Assembly: GCA_023920165.1 (NCBI GenBank)
Contig: CP089277.1
Location: 3,472,001 to 3,536,000, forward strand
From: Curvularia clavata
Lineage: Eukaryota
Direction: 5' to 3'
Length of the DNA stretch: 64,000 nt
The notes beneath the pieces were generated by a model. The model saw only the letters and a program-made list of their open reading frames with translations. It was not told the origin of the DNA and did no database searches. Every line of letters starts with the position of its first letter. Within the stretch, counting starts at the first letter, position 1. The translations under genes were made by a program, and so were the position numbers. Below, piece after piece: positions 13,587 through 25,546 of this stretch.

Positions 13587-15760
13587 CTAAACATAATTAC
13601 CCTCTTCACTCCCAGGCCCAAGCAACACCACAAATGTCGCCTTCTCCTGTGTCGCACCCTGTGCACCCTTCTTAACATGCCCTAAATATGCACCCAACTC
13701 CTCGTCGTCTGTAATCTCAATGACAGCCTCCCTTCCCTCTTGATCTCCCTTGTACGATATCAGACCCTCTATCTTATGCACCATCGTGCCTGGATGTTCG
13801 CGCATTGCCATGCTCTGTAGTTCAGCTACAGATGGTGTTTGGAGAATGGAGAGCCAGACGGACTTCGAAGGCACAGGTGTTGAAGAGTGTGAGTGGAGCC
13901 GGAAATAGATTGGCAGAGGCATGGAGATGCTGGAGGCCGAGTAGTACTGTTGCTGGTACTGGTCAAGTGAGCGATGGGTTGGCTGTTGGGACGCGGGTTG
14001 ATATTGGCTGGATTGGTAGTGTTGTGGGGGTTGATACTCTGAGATGGGTAGAATGGCAGCGTCACTCGCGGCTAGTAGGAGAGAGGGATCAATCTGCAGA
14101 TCTGAAGCAGCGGACAGCGAAGATGCAGCTGCATAAGTTGTTGGTGCGGCCTCTTCATGGCTGACACTTTCTTGTGCTCTACCCTTCTTACTTTGTATTG
14201 CCGAATGCGGCGCAATAACAGGTGGTGCAGGTCCCGGCCCTGGCCCTTGATGTGTCTGTTTCTTCTTGTTGGGATCTTTAGCCGCATTCTCCTGCTGTTG
14301 CCTCTTTGTCACGTCTCGAGCCAGGACTTCGAGAGCTCTCAGTTTCCGCGCATAATCTGGGTCGTTTTCGCCTTGTGCAAGTACTCTCACTAACAGCTCC
14401 GAACCATTGGCCCAGGCCTGCTTCAGTTCTGTCCACTGTGCTTCACCCGCTTCGAGTTTGTTCGTAAAATGCGCTCCTTTCAGCTTCTCGGCGAAGGCGC
14501 TTCGTACGCGTCTAGTTTGTTCGGGATTGAGACCAAGGACATTCTTGGCATCGGCGAGGCTCATGCGTGTATTCAAGGTTCGTAGCCGCTTCGTGACGTC
14601 CATACAAATCACATCTAGCGACAAGGCCCGTTGACCTTTTGGCCGAAACAAGGCATCGTTGCTCTGCAACGCTTCAGGTTCCTGCTGAAAGACTTGAGTC
14701 AAGTGCGCATTTTCCTTGATGAGCTGCTGCACAATCTGTGCCCACTTCTCAGGCCCTGCGATCGTCTTCTTGATCACATCTTCGGCCCTGCAAATCTCAA
14801 TGAACCGCTCTCGTAATTCGCGATACATGTCGTTATCCAGACAAAGGTACGCTTTCGCCTCATCAATAGTCGTTTCGGATGGAAACCGAGGAGGCTCGCC
14901 AGGTGCATCTGCTGGCAGCCCTGCCCAGCCGCGAGTTCGCCGTCGTCGTTTTCGTGTGCGCCATTTCTCGTCGCTCTCTGCTTGGAGTTGTTGTTGGCGC
15001 AATTGTTTCCGAAGCACCTCCTCAGCGCTCAAGCCTGTCGTATCAGGTTCAGGGATTATAGGTCGCGCTTCTTCTGACTGCTCTGCTGACTGGTCATCAG
15101 CTCCAGGCTCTTCCTCGCTCTCGCCCTCACTTGAAGACTCTTCTGCCAGTATCGCATTCCCCAGCTGATTTATAAGGCCTTTTCCAGCTATAATTTTGGC
15201 TCCCTTCTTCTTTGCCTTCTTTTGTATCCGCCCGTCGGCCGTGGGCCCCTTCTTTGGATTCGAGGCACGTTCTCTGAGTAAGAGTTTGAGTCTGAGCCGT
15301 AGACGGAGCAGTTCCCGGTCGCTGATCTCGAAACCCTCAGCGTGCAGAGAATCCATCATCTCCTTCTGAGTACAGTTCTGTTCCCATAGTTGCTGGAGAC
15401 GTGCGACGAGGGCGGGGTTCTTGTGCGCGGGGTTTTGCTTGCTTGGGAAGTCCCATCGCTGGTGATATGTCAATCATGAGAAAAAGAGGGCGGTAACGAG
15501 CAACGCACCTTGAACTGCGTCTGGAATGCGCGCTTACTAGAGAAATATAGTAAGTATTGTAACATACAAAGAAAGCCAAGACAACCGCAGGGTGCCTGCA
15601 AAGTATACGGCGACCTGTAGATGCAATAGTGCAACAATCCCACATACCTTGGAGTAAAGCCCCGGGTCTCCCAGTATGCTATAACTTCTTCCAAGCTCTT
15701 GCGCTCCTCGACATAGAGCCGATAGCACACGGCCTCTTTGTCGTCCCAGGAGTAAACCAT
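13587..15760 (-). CDS. Clr5-domain protein with two internal helical repeats; exons 15760-15648, 15536-15509, 15458-13587
   Basis: Spliced N-terminus MVYSWDDKEAVCYRLYVEERKSLEEVIAYWETRGFTPSKRAFQTQFKRWDF matches the Clr5 pattern (W..K..c..LY..e.ksLeev......gF.ps...f..qf..W); introns GTATGT..TAG and GTGCGT..CAG. Confidence 0.82.
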
Positions 15761-16137
15761 CCGTGCAGATCACGACGCGGTTGGTTGACTATGACGGCAA
15801 ACTATGGAAGGCCCTTCGCGTCGGTTGCGCAGTTTGCCAAGACCACCTCGGCATATGAATGTACCGACGGCCCAAACTTCACCTCCTCGGACTTATCGTG
15901 GCCCTTTTGCGCATAGCGGCATGTACATACCTCGTGGCCTCTTGACGCGCCAGTATGATCTTAATTTCTCTTCCCACCTGCGACATAGAAACCGCAGTCC
16001 GAGCACTTTTTGCAGGTATACCTGACACTTGAACATCATTCCGCACTATCCATCCATTACCCCACACCCCACAGTTATATACCTTAGCCATGTCGCACGC
16101 ACGCAAGAACAGTCTATGGACGAAGCCAGTGGCAGAG

Positions 16138-17012
16138 ATGCCAAAGCTGCTGATCGGGAAATCCATGATGATCACCGGCGGCGTAACAGGGATTGGCCGT
16201 GCCATTGTGCTCGGATACCTTCAACATGGCGCAAACGTCGCAGTGAACCACTTGGGTGACGACAAGTCTTCCTCGCAGTACCGCACACTGGTCGAAGAAG
16301 CAGCAAGCAACCTAGACGTGAGCAAAGAAGATATAGAAAAGAGGCTCGTAGAAGTGCCTGGAGATGTTGGGAACCCGGAGACTGGCAAGAAAATGGTAGC
16401 CGCTGTAGTGGACCGATGGGGACGTCTGGACGTCGTGATAAGCAATGCAGGCATCTGTGAATTCAAGGAGTTTCTAGAGTACGCATTCAAGCTTTCTCTT
16501 GCACACTTTATAAAGCATTGGAGAAGAAGACTAACACATCCATTCTCAGTATCTCGGAAGACCTCTGGACCTCCACCCTAACCACCAACCTCACCGGTGC
16601 CTTCCACACCATTCAAGCCGGCGCAAAGCAACTCTCTACACAATCGCCTCCTGGAGGCTCCATAATCGGCATCTCGTCCATTAGCGCGCTCGTTGGCGGC
16701 GCATACCAGGGCCACTACACGCCGACCAAAGCTGGTGTCCTTTCGCTCATCCAGTCTTCGGCGTGTGCGCTGGGAAAACACAACATTCGGTGCAACGCAC
16801 TGCTGCCCGGCACAATCAAGACACAGCTCAACGAGAAGGACCTGGAGAATGAGGAGAAGAGAAAGTACATGGAAAGTAGGATACCGTTGGGTCGTACAGG
16901 CGTCCCAAGTGATCTTGCAGGTCCAGCCGTCTTCTTGGGCAGTGACTTGAGTTCCTATGTCAATGGGGCCCAGCTGTTGGTTGATGGAGGATTGTTTGTC
17001 AATCTGCAATAG
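16138..17012 (+). CDS. Short-chain dehydrogenase, probable L-rhamnose-1-dehydrogenase (LRA1/LraA type); exons 16138-16478, 16550-17012; alternative in-frame ATG at 16090
   Basis: ITGGVTGIGRAI (TGxxxGIG), VNHLG, SNAGIC, SSISALVGG, YTPTK (YxxxK), LLPGTI, LLVDGGLFVNLQ; intron GTACGC..CTAAC..CAG. Confidence 0.85.
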
Positions 17013-17471
17013 ACGTAGAATGTTATCCAAGACGATCAATGAATCAGTTGTTCCAATATGTGTTGTCGTCGGGCTGAAGAAGATAGTGAGCATACCACAT
17101 TCATGAGTCTCGCTCTCTACCACCGTCTCTTGTGCGGGATATTGAGCACGTTTGATGGTGATTACTGCAACGCATCGAGGAAAAGGCTATATGGGAGAAA
17201 ACACATGTTTGACTTGACCCTATGACAGTCGAGGCAGCCCATTATGAGCTGAAATACATTGATATGAACAACACAAGTGTCATACGTAAGTCCCAAAACG
17301 AGACGAACATCCCCATAACGCAGCGAAGCCCCATCTTCCTAACGGGTATAGTGCAAACTCCATCGCTATGATATCCATGTAACGCCACTAGTACCAGCCA
17401 TGGGAGGGCCAGATTGAGCCGCAAAGTCGTAACGCTGCATCGCTTTTAGAACGCCCAAGTTGACTCCTACT

Positions 17472-20400
17472 TTAAGTGACCTGCCGTTATGTTAGTATAT
17501 GTCTGGTATATTTCAAACACAAAGTCGGGCTTGCTGTGTACAAGTATCCAAAAAGAAATTGGAAACTTACCTCAGCAATATTCTGACGCTCGATGACACT
17601 TTCTTGATTCACGTCTCTTCCCACACGCCAATAGACATCCGTGTATTCAGCGCAATTCATCTCACGCAAGAACTGTTCGTCGTGCGTGATGACTAGCAAC
17701 TGGAAATTGGCTTGCTTTCGACGACTCTGGATGATCTGAGACAAAGACTCTGCGAGTCCCTTGATGTTCTGCTGATCAAGGTTCGTGGTGGGCTCATCGA
17801 GCGCAATGAGGCCGCAGTTGGTACCAAAACATTCAGCCAGTGCAAGACGAATGACAATGGAAGCGAGGACCTTTTGCCCGGCAGAACAACGACCCCGCAT
17901 GTCCATCTCCGTGTCTTGCTTGACCATCACAACACGGTAGTTGTATGTCCGGTTGCCTTTACCATCGCCGTCAGAGGCGATGCGGATCGTGTCTACGTCA
18001 GAACCCTGGTATGCATTCCGCCAAAGCTCAGCAAGGATACGGTTGATTTCCTCCATCTTGAGCGTGTGGTACTTCATGATGGCTTTGTCTAAAGCGCCGG
18101 CGTAACGGCCCAAGTCTTCGATGGCGGCCTTGGTCGTTTCAACTTTGATGTGTGCCTCGCGATACTGCTGAGCGGAATCCTTGTAGAGCTGTCTGTACTC
18201 CTCGATAAGTTCTGCCAACTGGTCGTCTTTGTTCTTCATGTCACGTTCAAGGCCCGTCTTTTTGATATTCAATTCGCGAAATTGTAGATCCCAGTGCTCA
18301 GCTTCACGTTCGTAGTGCTCTTTATCGCGCTCAGCACCCTGCTCCTCGAGCTTTCGAATTTCGACTTCTAAGCCTTGGAGAGAGCGCTTCGCTTTTCGGT
18401 AGCGTAGATTGTCGCTGATGGAACGTTTGCTTGTCTCGGTATCGCGCACCGTGTCTTCAATCTTTTTGATCTTTCGAGTTGTATCGGTCATGCTGGCCTC
18501 TATGTCAACGATCTCACCTTGGAGATTCTCAATGTCTCGGTGAGTTTGAGCAAGTTGTTGCGGGCCGCCACGTTCAATGTAGGCGGCAATCGCCTCATTC
18601 GTCTGGTTGAGCTGCCGAACACTGTCTGATAATTTAGAAGCTTCATCATGGGCCCTTGACACACGCTCGTTGCCACGATTGTTGATATCGTCGTACTTGC
18701 ATTGCGCTTGCTCGATTTCAGGGTCGATGTTTTCAATCTCCTGATCAAAGCTACGCATGGCCTCTCTTTGCTTGTTGTTCTCCTTCTTCAACTCGTCGAC
18801 GCGGTCGGCAAGAGCCAGCTTCTCTTTCAGCTTGGACTGTGCACTGCTCAACTCGGCGCCAATGTCACGTACACTCAATTCAAGTGTGTTGATATTGCTG
18901 CGTGACTTTTCTCTAGCAGCAGTGAGCTGCTCGAGTGTATTTCGGACATCACGGGCATCATTAGAAACGTGCTGCAGATCGGTCTGGATAGCATCAATCC
19001 CGCGCGACAGTCCGGCAGACTTTTGCTTTTGTGCCAGCTCCTTGATCTCGCTCTCGAGTTCCTGTGCCCTGGTGTAGTACCCAACAATGGTCTGGACTTC
19101 CTTTTTCAGGGATTCGACCTCTCGCTTTCCGGCCTCCAGCTCATAGACGACAGAATCTTGATCTTCGAGTTGCTTGTTGAGAGTGTCACGCTCAGACGTT
19201 AGCTTGCTGAGATTTGCTTGCATAGCTGGAAGTTCAATGTCACGAAGCCTGCTTGCCAATTCGTAGCTAGGCTTAGCACCGCGTGCCGCCTCCAGTTCGG
19301 CAAAGACCTCCTCGGCATTGTCAGCTTCCATGTTCTTTTTCGCTTTTGCGATGATGTCTCTTAGCCCTTGTATGAACCCAGCTGTTGTGAAATCTTCCTC
19401 ATCGTCGTCATGAAGAGTCCTCTTACAAAGCCGGCAGATGTTGTGCTTCTCGGCGTACTCTAAGCATTTGCCCATGTAATCAATCTGTGCGTCAAACTTG
19501 GCCTTGTCTGAGGAGAGCGCTTCATATTCCTCTTCGAGCTGTTGCAGAGTCTCATCGAAATCGGAGATGTCGTCCTTCTGTATGGATTCCTTGACCATGG
19601 CCTCATACTTTTGGAGATCTGTCCGCTTCTGTTTCAGCTGCGACTCCAGACTGGACAATTGGAACGTGGTTTGATTCAACTTGGTCTGCGCAATGTCACG
19701 GCGGGACGCAGCCTCCTTCACTTCCTCTGCCTTTTCGGAAAGCACCTGCTGAAAGGTCGATTCTAGGGTAGCTGGATCCCAATCCGGATCGACGAGCTGG
19801 GAAATGCGTTTGTTGTGGACATTTTTCATAGTTTCCAGGCTATGTTGCTGGTTCTTCAATTCTTCTTGTTTAACATCGATAGAGGCAGACTCCCGGGCCT
19901 GTTTTGATGCGTCGCCAAACTCAGCTGTCAAACGCTCTTTGCGGTCCTCCAACGTTCGTAGATTGCTCGAGATATCTGATATGCGTTCGTTGTATTGCTC
20001 CGAAGTAGCTGCAGCCGTTGCGTCCTGCAACTGCTTCTCAACGTCTCGTTTCTTGGCTTGGAGAATGGCCTCACTCCCTTCGTCCGCATTGATCTGATTC
20101 ATAGCCTTTTGAAGCTCTGAAATGCGCTTATCGTTGTTCGTAATCTGATTGCGTGCGGACTCCTTGCTCTGATTAAGTCCTGATTTCCGTGTGTTCAGCT
20201 GATTGAGGGTATCCTGAGCCTCGCGTAGATCGCGCTGAGTCTCCTCTCGTGCTCGGTCTAGAGCCCTGTTCTGATCGCGGGAGAGCTTGCTCAATATTTG
20301 TAGAAAATCCCCCACTTGCTTCTCTGTGATGTCGTAATCGAAACCTCTGATAGAGTGTCTCTTTGCGGCTTCTTTTATTGCGTTCTCCCGGCGTTGGATA

Positions 20401-21482
20401 TTCTGCTCGTGATGCTCCTTCTGTGCTTCGTACTTTCCAATCTCGCTCTGTTTTGCTCCCAAGGCTTCGCGCTTTTCTTCGAGTTCGTTCTTGAGTTCAA
20501 GATACTGCTCCTTGAACTCCGTGACCTGCGTGGAGTATGTAGCCACTCGCTCCTCGTATTGGTCGAGCATGTCCTGGAGCTCCTCGTCCGATTCGGCCAG
20601 CTCCTTCAAGTTGTCTTGGAGCTCTGCAATATTCTGCTGGTTGATGTTGAGAGTCATACGCTTGGCCTGCAGTTGAGCAACAATTTTTTCGAAACGAGTT
20701 GAATGGGTGTAAGCGTCGCTCGCCTTCTGCTGGGCCTCCATGCACTGCTCATCGACTTGAGTGTATGTGTTGCGTAGCTGCTCTAATTCATCATACAGCC
20801 TGGCCTGCCTTTCCTCGCTCTTCTGCGCTCGCGTCTTGTCTTCTTTGGCGTTGACTTCGATGATTTTGAGTTGACCCAACTCAATGTTCCGGTCCTTGCG
20901 TATCATTTTGATGTTGTCGATGGCCTTTGTGTACTTCATGGCCTCGAAGATCTCGTCAAACTTCTTCTTGAGCGTTGTAGGGTCCGCCAGGGGCCACAGG
21001 CTGTCTTCTTGGTGGCAGAAAATGACGTTTTCGAGGATGGCTTTGGACACGCCGAGAAACTGTGGGATCATTTGGTCGAGCTCGGCGACACGGGTCGAGA
21101 CGGAGTGCTTTTCGCCATCTTTGATCATGAGCAGGGAGCCTTCGAGCGTCTTCTGGCTCCGTGCATTCTTCTTGACGGTGACCTGGAGATTGCGGGTCGC
21201 GACCATGCGCACGCCTGAGGTGGAGCGGAAGGACAGCTTGACCTGGGCGAGCAGCTCCTTCTCATTGCGCAGCTTGGGGTCGTGGATAAAGGCACCGCCA
21301 GTCTTGCTGTTGGACGGCAGGTCTCCGGTCGTTGCGTATTTGAGGGATTCGATGATGGTTGTCTTGCCCGAGCCGTTCCAGCCGACAATGAGGGTCAGCG
21401 GTGCGGTGAAGACGATGGTCTCTCCTTTTTCGGGGCCGAAGGAGCGAATGCCCTGGATCATCATGCGGTCGATCTTGGACAT
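17472..21482 (-). CDS. RAD50: DNA repair protein Rad50; exons 21482-17571, 17480-17472
   Basis: MSKIDRMMIQGIRSF start, Walker A GWNGSGKTT, Q-loop IFCHQED, long coiled coil with CRLC zinc hook, signature CSAGQK, Walker B ALDEPTTNLD, ITHD; terminal intron GTAAGT..CTAAC..CAG. Confidence 0.97.
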
Positions 21483-21897
21483 GGCGGCGGCGGGGGCGAG
21501 GGCAGCGAGCGCACACGGTGTGCACTGCGCTCTCTCGTGTGCGTGTGGTTGGGTGGTTGCAGTGGTGGAGGAGGGGCAGCGCGTCGCGTCGGGAGACAAG
21601 GGAACCCGCAGGGGCGTGACGGCAGCCTGGGCAGGCGACGCGGTGTCACGTGAATGGTGACGTAGTGATCATGCAGGCGGAGCAGGCATGGATGGGGGCT
21701 GGAGGCGTCGGTGATTGCTTCCCCAAGCGCAGCCTTGCCGGTGAGAAGAGGCGGCGTAATGAAAACAGGCGCCGCAAGCTCGCAAACTTCATCCACTCTC
21801 TCCCGGGCACGCGCAGACGCCCCGTAACCTTTGTTCCACCGCTTCCTTGTACCACGTCGCATGCCGAGTTGGGCTGCGCTGCTGCTGCTGCGACGCC

Positions 21898-23438
21898 ATG
21901 GCGCAATACTCCAACGGTGGTGCTGAGGTACGAGCCAACCCCACTCTTGCTGACTAGCACGGGTAATTCTGAGAGATCGTGTTCTTGCAGATGGGCCTCA
22001 ACTCCATGACCGGGATCCCGATGCACCCCCACCGTCCACAGCTCGGCGCCCTGCCAATGGACGATGCTATGCAACACATCGACCTCGACATGTCCTCGCT
22101 TGATGGGGCCGAGGGCCAAAACGGCGCCTTCTCCTTCGGCGACCCACAGATGCACCCGTCGACCGTACCACAAAACAACACCATGAGCAACGACATGCAA
22201 ATGACAGGCGCAGGCGCAGGCCCGCTGCCTACGGGCTTCGGCGCTCCCAACATGAACCCCTCTGGCAGCACCCTCACCGAGTTCACCAAGCGCAGGAACT
22301 GGTCGCAGCGCGTCCTCGAGGAGCTGCGCGACCTGCTGCACATCCTCACTCCCGACGGCAGGATTCTCTACGTCTCTGCCTCGTGCAAGGCGCTGACCGG
22401 ATGGGAGCCCTCGCACATCGCAGGCCACTTCATTAACGAGTTTATCCACCCCGACGACATTGGCATCTTCGTCAAGGAGTTCAACGAATCCATCGCGTCC
22501 GGCAACCCATTGCGCTTCTTCTACCGCTTCCGCAAGACGGATGACTCGTGGATCATCTTCGAGTCCCATGGCCATCCCCACCTCAGCAGCGATACAAACT
22601 CGTTTGCGCCCCCAAACTCCATCAACTGCCGCGGCTTTTTCATGATGGCCCGTCCCTACCCGACCAAGAACGCCGCCCTCCTCGACTCCTTCCTCGAACA
22701 CAAGATTGAAAATGAGCGTCTCATGAAGCGCATAGCCGAGCTCAAGCGCGAGGAGCAGGATGAGCAGGACGACTGGGCCAGAAAGGCCACGGGCGCCGCA
22801 AGCTCCATGACGGCTTCTGAGTCACATGCCACCCAGAACATGAGCCAGGCCGATGCTGCATCGTACGCCCAAATGCCTCCGCCAGCCAAGCCAGTCGTAT
22901 CAAACACCGCCCTTACACGACAAAACCTCGACGAAGCCCTCGCTGCAAGTAAACCCGACAGTATCAACGACAAGATGGCGCGGTATGAGGGCGCGAATCA
23001 CCTCGAGACCATCGAGATGCTAACCGGCCTCCGCTACAGAGACGGTGAGCGCTCACAGGGTATCAGTACAGGCGACGCTAGTCCCAATCTCATCCGTGGT
23101 GATGCTGGCATACAAATATCTCTCGATCGCGATGGCAGAAACTCGTCAGACAAGAAGAAGAAACTAAAGATCGCCGATGAGTATGTGTGTACCGACTGCG
23201 GAACGCTAGACTCACCGGAATGGCGGAAAGGTCCAAATGGACCCAAGACACTTTGCAATGCTTGCGGATGTGAGTACACCTCGTCTACTAAATAAAAATG
23301 ACGTGCTAATCAATTGCAGTGCGCTGGGCGAAAAAGGAAAAGAAGAGGCAGCAAGGTCCTAATGCTAGCATGCAAAGTGGTAGTGGCGTGATGCACACAC
23401 CAGCAATGCCTATGCACAGTAGCACGGGCAGCAGTTGA
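21898..23438 (+). CDS. wc-2: White collar-2 / LreB: PAS + GATA zinc-finger blue-light transcription factor; exons 21898-21927, 21991-23269, 23320-23438
   Basis: [23 protein letters not shown] domain (IHPDD), [28 protein letters not shown] finger [32 protein letters not shown] completed by splicing. Confidence 0.95.
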
Positions 23439-25546
23439 GACTATTTTGCAAGTTTTTGTGTTCAGCAGACACCGCTTGTTTTTTTTTCCTGTCTTTCAGT
23501 TCAGCTTCAAATCAGCGATTTCATGAGAAGTTAACGCGGCGTTTTGGGCAATAGGCTTTCCTTTTTTTTCGTTATTCTTATCGGGCTACATGGGGGAACT
23601 GGCATATCCAACGGCGTTGAGTCTGTACTCTTTATCATATACTCGGCTTTGTTGCTTCATTGCTGATTGTCAGATAATTTCCAAGAGCTGGGGTAGACTC
23701 GGGCCGGGCACGTGATACCAAACTACTTTTTTGTTGATTACAGATAGCAACTGCTTAGAAATCGTATCTGTCTTTCTCATCGTGTCTTTACCTTGTAATG
23801 ATTGATCGATAGACTGTAGTGTAATGAATGGACGGATTCTGACTATTATTTGTGTGTGAATCGAAAGGCTTGGCTTGAGTTTACCGACGTCCTTTGCATG
23901 CAGCATTACTTCTCTATTTATGCTCTACAGCCGCCCAACTAAGTCTACAGTGCCACGAAGAGTAGTTTTTCGCGTACATAGTCTTCGTTCATTCGTTCAC
24001 TCTTTTTCTCTTGCTACAATACCACCCTGTTTTCATCTACAAACCGCCGCTGACAGCACGACGAATAGCTAGCGAAGGTTTGTCTCAACATTTGGGCGAA
24101 AGATATCGAGAGAAAAGGAAAATTTGAGCGCGTTTTTCCTTCTTCGTGTATGGTGCGGAAGCACCTGACTTGTGTTACTACTCGGCCCCAGCTCGATGGG
24201 TGGTGCAATGGCGCTAGGAAACCGTATCGCGTGGAAAACGCTTGTTTGTGTAAGTTTGATGGATTTTATTTTGGTCGATAGTTTGTGTACGGGATGGAGT
24301 GTGCTGCTGTTCAGTACTACGAATGCTGTAGATGATATACTTTTTGCAGCCCAAAATGGCAACGGTCATGGTCAGCGGTCTGGAATTGTAGTGCATTCTT
24401 CTTTTCGGTTTCGACGGAACAATTGAAGGGTAGTTTCATAATTGAGAGATGGTCATTTGGAAAGAACGTGTCTCGGAAAATGCCGCTGTGAGAACGTCGT
24501 TATTCATGGTTGTGTCATACGACATCTGCATGTAGCTGAGGCCCCCAAACGCCTATCTGGGCACTGAGATACCAGAATATTGAAAACAAATCTCGTGCAA
24601 ATTTCTTTAGTTTATGTGTGGTGCTGTTGAAGATTAAATACCCTTGTATGAAGCAGTTGTGGACGTCTGAACGTGAACGTGATTTGTTCACTCCTGCTAA
24701 AATGTTTCTCGCAGTATACGTCCACTATGGTCTGCAACCGTCTGCAATTTACTTCTTGTTCAAGACAATAGTATGGCTGGTTTACGAACCTCAAGTTTAC
24801 CCGCAAATGGCACGCTGTAAAAGAGTGCGTCCATTAAGCAGAAAAATTCACATACGAAAGCCAAGCTCACAACGCATAGTTTGTCTGTTCTCTTGACGTA
24901 TATGCCTTCTAATTGAGTACAATCCCATTTTGGAAGACCCAAAATACTTGGAATTTAATTCGCTCGTATAGGATGATTGCTACAAGTCGGAGTGAGAATA
25001 TACGAGTGAACCAATCACAATCGAGCTCCGATCACCACTCCGAGAAGGCAGACTGATGATTACACAGCCACTTGTGCAGCCACATCTAGGGCCAATATCT
25101 TAATCACGAAGTTTCTCCTTTCTCAGAGCTACAATATGAACAAACGTATTATAAAAAACGTACCGTGATGAGGAGTCAGTAATCTGGTGAAAAGCCAGGC
25201 CTCCTCCCATAGGGATGCCCGAGATGCGGTGATCGAACGACAGGATGGTAACCTCTTAATCAAGGCCCCCAACAAGGTCTAAAAGCATATAAACAGAATG
25301 TAAATAGCGTTGGTGGCGAAGGCACCGTGCAGATCTTTAACATAGGCGAAGTCAGTTCAGAGCAATAGGACATGAGGAATACCTCCTTAAGGCAGCCATC
25401 GAATCGCTCAGCCCCCATATCAATTGAGATGAACAGTATAAGATTCGACCCATATCCTCCCTCCCACATGCCTTTTGCAAGCTACATAGTTTCTTGATTC
25501 TCAGCTCATTGCTTGAACATCCCCTATCTCAAGAGCTCAACGCAAT

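Noticed and set aside
21483..21599. 39-aa N-terminal extension of Rad50 in the ORF track
   Set aside because: TTG start; the conserved Rad50 N-terminus begins at the ATG at 21482 with good context.
21646..22701. 351-aa minus-strand ORF
   Set aside because: Antisense shadow of the codon-biased wc-2 CDS; the same applies to ORFs opposite RAD50, catalase and the kinase-HET gene.
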